Below are positions 62,682-64,000 of a stretch of 64,000 nt of DNA, in pieces (the first letter of the stretch is position 1; every line of letters starts with the position of its first letter). Origin of the DNA: Bacteroidales bacterium (GTDB taxonomy: Bacteria > Bacteroidota > Bacteroidia > Bacteroidales > FEN-979); contig JBBQUQ010000004.1 of assembly GCA_038212325.1 (NCBI GenBank), positions 154-64,153 on the forward strand, written 5' to 3'. The notes under the pieces were generated by a model. The model ran no database searches and was not told where the DNA came from. It worked only from the letters and a program-made list of their open reading frames with translations. A program made the position numbers and the translations under genes.

Positions 62682-63554
62682 CTATATCTCCGCCATCCGT
62701 ATCATCACCGCCTCCAGCTTTTTCTTCATCAGCTTCACCCGGCAGTCGTAGTTGTTGACGATGAGGGAGAAGATGAGTTTCCGGCCTGTAACGGTGGAGA
62801 CGTACCCTGCAAAGCTTTTCACGTTGCCGATGGTGCCTGTTTTGGCATGCACCCGTCCTTCGGCTGCGCTGCCTTTCATAGCCTTGTGGAGCGTGCCGGT
62901 GATCCCGGCCAGCGGGAGTGACTCGTAGAATTCGCGGAAATAGGGAGAGGTGCGCATGACGTAGAGGGCATCGACCAGCTGTTTGGGTGAGATGGCGTTG
63001 TTGCGCGACAGTCCGTTGCCATCGTAAAAGAACATCCCTTCCGTGTCGACTCCTTTGGTGGTCCAGAAATCGAGGATGGCCCTGGCGCCGGCATCGGTGG
63101 TGGCGGAGTTGTATACTTTCCCGCCGATCCTGCGCAGCAGTTTCGACGACCGCCAGTTCACACTCATCTGGTTGGTGATGGTAACCTCGGGAATGACCGG
63201 CTTGCCGAAGTACTCCAGTGCGGCGCCCGTGACGAAGATCTTCAGCGTAGAGGCGGGGATCATGAGATTCTTTGCATGGTAGTCGGCCACGATCACCGGA
63301 TCTTTGGCTGTAACGTCGACCACCATGTATCCCAGGGAGGCATTTTGCAGCAAGGGATCTTTTTGTAGCAGCTGCAGCACCTGTACGATGGAGTCATAGC
63401 CCGGGTGGGTCGCCTTGTGTTCCGCCACCGGAAGGCCTTTGTGCGCGGCAGATCCCGGATGGTCGCTGCTGCAGGAGACCAGCAACTGCAACAGGATCAG
63501 CATCGATATGAAGGCTCTTTTGGCAGGCATCAGTTTGGTGGGATTTTTTTTCAA
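62682..63554 (-). CDS. Compact PBP4/S13-like serine DD-peptidase lipoprotein
   Basis: Lipobox LLVSCSS, SxxK (PASTLKIF), SxN (GLSRNN) and KTG (HAKTGTIGN). At only 290 aa it lacks most of the domain inserted in DacB-type PBP4. Confidence 0.55.
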   Translation of the reverse strand: MKKNPTKLMPAKRAFISMLILLQLLVSCSSDHPGSAAHKGLPVAEHKATHPGYDSIVQVLQLLQKDPLLQNASLGYMVVDVTAKDPVIVADYHAKNLMIPASTLKIFVTGAALEYFGKPVIPEVTITNQMSVNWRSSKLLRRIGGKVYNSATTDAGARAILDFWTTKGVDTEGMFFYDGNGLSRNNAISPKQLVDALYVMRTSPYFREFYESLPLAGITGTLHKAMKGSAAEGRVHAKTGTIGNVKSFAGYVSTVTGRKLIFSLIVNNYDCRVKLMKKKLEAVMIRMAEI

Positions 63555-63938
63555 AGATCGGAAAAAAAATTGAAGATGCTCAATTTAATGCCGCATTTGG
63601 CTGCATTTGTCCAGATTTTGTTCGTGCTTAATGCTTGTTATATTAATGTCTGATGCTGAAAATCGATGTTTTCACTAATGTCTGTCCAATGTCTGTCGTA
63701 TGACTTGGTGAAGAACGCCAAAAGCAGTTTCACCATTGAGGCGAAGGAGATTGGCAACGTTTTCGGAAATGTGATCCTCAAGAACCTGAGAACCGATGCC
63801 ACGCAGATCAGCCTGAATGCAGCACCGGGCAATGACTGGTAAAGGTGGAGGGCGCAGGGTACACCTGTTCAGGCAAGGTATTTATGAGTCAGCAATAAAA
63901 AAAATCACTGACGAGTTGCATTGAGGCAAAAAATTCTT

Positions 63939-63946
63939 TAAATTTG
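63939..63946 (+). promoter_or_regulatory. -7 box (TAAATTTG) with TTG 20 nt upstream
   Basis: TTG at 63916-63918, a 20-nt spacer, then TAAATTTG. An ATG follows 18 nt downstream. Confidence 0.4.
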
Positions 63947-63964
63947 CCAATTGGCGTCTTCGCG

Positions 63965-64000
63965 ATGAAGAAATCAACAGATTTGCTTAATACAAAATAT
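63965..64000 (+). CDS. Possible 5' end of a gene running off the window (MKKSTDLLNTKY...)
   Basis: The ATG at 63965 is preceded by a good promoter-like motif. Only 12 codons are visible. Confidence 0.3.
   Translation, partial: MKKSTDLLNTKY

Noticed and set aside
63638-63842. Small ORFs on both strands: a 64-aa ORF on the minus strand from the track, and a 54-aa ORF on the plus strand at 63678-63842.
   Set aside because: They mutually overlap, have no recognisable motif and no promoter box, so I cannot decide between them. The region also holds three AATGTCTG words (63645, 63677, 63688) of unclear meaning.

Overview
A 64-kb chromosomal window from a Bacteroidota-type genome. Supporting signs are three T9SS C-terminal-domain cargo proteins, gldF/gldG, and TAnnTTTG -7 promoter boxes upstream of many genes. 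An anaerobic lifestyle is suggested by the rubrerythrin-like protein and a NuoE/NuoF-type flavin complex. I call about 50 protein genes. I saw no rRNA, tRNA, CRISPR array, transposase, integrase or recognisable defence genes.

Main blocks:
(1) 2.4-16.8 kb: two TPR-fused PMT/TMTC-like GT-C membrane proteins, a YfhO-type GT-C, and an eight-gene amino-sugar cassette (three DegT aminotransferases, two acetyltransferases, a Gfo/Idh/MocA dehydrogenase, an SDR and a small GT2), packed as one operon. This is my best candidate for an undescribed periplasmic glycosylation system.
(2) 16.8-27.9 kb, minus strand: an orphan receiver, a 1291-aa GAF-GAF-REC-PPDK_N protein, NuoE-like, NuoF-like, a 1231-aa [2Fe-2S]/GltD/NuoG-like fusion, and a rubrerythrin-like protein. 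This looks like a Bfu/Stn-type soluble flavin-based redox complex.
(3) Housekeeping genes: gdhA, gldFG, phoH, purC, cinA, rpmB, rsmA, acyl-CoA carboxylase and an MsbA-like ABC exporter.
(4) A TonB-dependent receptor interrupted by a single in-frame TAA.

The most unusual DNA-level signal is that many intergenic spacers are filled with 7-8-nt periodic tandem words. AAATGGTG arrays occur at four loci, always in the same polarity on the + strand. TTACGA-, ATTCGCAT/ATTCATC- and GGTGAC/GTCACC-type arrays also occur, along with a dispersed GC-rich 24-29-nt repeat.

All functional calls come from motif recognition by eye. No searches were run.
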